Source of the DNA: Octopus bimaculoides
Taxonomy: Eukaryota
Length of the DNA: 64,000 bases
Direction of reading: 5' to 3'
Assembly: GCF_001194135.2 (NCBI RefSeq)
Contig: NC_068988.1
Coordinates: 73,705,027 to 73,769,026 of the forward strand
In this document: in pieces, positions 61,940-64,000 of the stretch
Layout: each line of letters starts with the position of its first letter
Numbering within the stretch: position 1 is the first letter of the stretch
Translations under genes and position numbers: made by a program
Notes under the pieces: generated by a model
Told to the model about the DNA's origin: nothing
Seen by the model: the letters and a program-made list of their open reading frames with translations, nothing else
The model's database searches: none

Positions 61940-63059
61940 NNNNNNNNNNNNNNNNNNNNNNNNNNNNNNNNNNNNNNNNNNNNNNNNNNNNNNNNNNNNN
62001 NNNNNNNNNNNNNNNNNNNNNNNNNNNNNNNNNNNNNNNNNNNNNNNNNNNNNNNNNNNNNNNNNNNNNNNNNNNNNNNNNNNNNNNNNNNNNNNNNNNN
62101 NNNNNNNNNNNNNNNNNNNNNNNNNNNNNNNNNNNNNNNNNNNNNNNNNNNNNNNNNNNNNNNNNNNNNNNNNNNNNNNNNNNNNNNNNNNNNNNNNNNN
62201 NNNNNNNNNNNNNNNNNNNNNNNNNNNNNNNNNNNNNNNNNNNNNNNNNNNNNNNNNNNNNNNNNNNNNNNNNNNNNNNNNNNNNNNNNNNNNNNNNNNN
62301 NNNNNNNNNNNNNNNNNNNNNNNNNNNNNNNNNNNNNNNNNNNNNNNNNNNNNNNNNNNNNNNNNNNNNNNNNNNNNNNNNNNNNNNNNNNNNNNNNNNN
62401 NNNNNNNNNNNNNNNNNNNNNNNNNNNNNNNNNNNNNNNNNNNNNNNNNNNNNNNNNNNNNNNNNNNNNNNNNNNNNNNNNNNNNNNNNNNNNNNNNNNN
62501 NNNNNNNNNNNNNNNNNNNNNNNNNNNNNNNNNNNNNNNNNNNNNNNNNNNNNNNNNNNNNNNNNNNNNNNNNNNNNNNNNNNNNNNNNNNNNNNNNNNA
62601 GATTGGTACCATGAAATTCCTCAAACTGAGCTCAATCATTTAAGCTTAATTGAAATTTTTAAATAAAGAAGTTAATTACACTTAACTTTTTTGATACAAA
62701 TTTTTGTTGCATGGGACCAAAACTATGAAATTCTTCACGCTTTCTTCTATCATTGAAGCTAAGATAAATATATTTTGCTTTTAAAATAAAAAAGTTATTT
62801 AGATCTAAACTTGATTGGTGGTATTACTTACTCTCCTATAACGCTGTTACAAATTTTGATGTAAACTTTTTTTCTACTGGACCAAATCTCAATTTTTTTA
62901 ATGCCAAGATGTAGCTACGGACCAGTCCACTTCAAAAATGTTAATGGTTTTCCATTTGGTTAAGAACTGAATTAGCAACAAGCTCTGAAAGATGCTGCAT
63001 GTGACTAAATTGTGGCCTTAAGAATATTATTCAACTATAGTAGTAGTTGAATGATACAT

Positions 63060-63870
63060 CACCATTAAGGAAGATTGAACTAAAGAAAATCAACCAGTTT
63101 ACCTACTTAAGGTGCACTATCTTATCAGATACCAAAATTGACAAGGAGGTTGACAATAAGAGTGGCCAAGGAAAACAGTGAATTTGTTAGACTGTATAAA
63201 AGAGACTGGAACAATAACCATCAGAAGAAAGGGGCCAAGTTCAATGTATACAGAGCCATCATTCTCACTACCCTCTTGTACAGCTTCGAGTTGTGGGAGA
63301 TCTATTGGCACCACATATGACTCCTTAAGCAATTTCAAAGCACTGCTTTCACATCATCCTCAGCATCCACTGGATGGTCCTAGAGTGGGTGAAGATTGCC
63401 AGCATTAAAACAACTCTGCTGAATCCACAGCTACTCTAGGCAGGTGAAATCACTAGAATGGAAGAGGATCAACTTCCCAAGATCATGTTCTATGGCAAAT
63501 TTTCATCTGATCACTGAGATAGATGAGCATCAAAGAAAAGGTACAAGGACTCCAGAAAAAATGCCCTGGCACCTGCCACAATAATCACAACCAGTGGTCT
63601 GTTCTTCCTGCCAACCATAAAGCCTGGCATCTCACTGTCTTCCAAGCAACAGCTTCCTTTGAAAATATCCACAGGACCATCCCTGCAGACAAAAGAAAAA
63701 GGAGGAAAAACAAGGACACTACAACCAATTCTGATCAGCCTATCTTCCAATGCAGCCTTGGCAGTCATGCCTGTGTGTCTAAAATCAGACATGTCAGGCA
63801 TCAGAAATCCTGCAACAGACAGAGGCATCCTCCTCCAACAATCTTTGCTTGCGAAGCAAAGTCGAGAGAA
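63060..63870 (+). mobile_element. Decayed RTE (BovB-like) ORF2 C-terminal fragment
   Basis: NQFTYL, KFNVYRAIILTTLLYSFELW, and C-terminal CSLGSHACVSKIRHVRHQKSC zinc-finger-like motif. Confidence 0.75.
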
Positions 63871-63956
63871 GATATATACATTTTTTTATAGACATGTATA
63901 CATACATAAATATATACATACACACATATACAAACCTATACATATGTATAAATTTA

Positions 63957-64000
<44 letters not shown>

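Overview
AT-rich, repeat-dense eukaryotic DNA with five N gaps. The repeat content (GAT-tailed RTE LINEs, tRNA SINEs, Penelope, TTAACCCTTTAGC MITE) suggests an octopus or other coleoid cephalopod; this is inference. The one host gene I can support, largely missed by the ORF track, is mitochondrial pyruvate carrier 1 (MPC1) on the minus strand. Its coding exons are 58097-58100 (4 nt), 45958-45973 (16 nt), 37299-37379 (81 nt), 9862-9994 (133 nt) and 8949-9000 (52 nt incl. stop). Spliced, they read (S/C)[94 protein letters not shown], i.e. 286 coding nt over 49 kb with two consecutive non-3n micro-exons. A canonical first exon was not found and may lie in the 61940-62599 gap or beyond 64000; two in-window candidates are reported. 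The introns hold decayed transposons: RTE, L1/Tx1-like, Penelope, Ty3/Gypsy, MULE, mariner-like, Helitron/HINE, piggyBac- and Kolobok-like MITEs, and SINEs. They also hold several nested insertions with verifiable junctions and at least five fold-back or inverted-repeat structures that could form dsRNA in the MPC1 pre-mRNA. Exon boundaries were counted base by base; most repeat boundaries are approximate.
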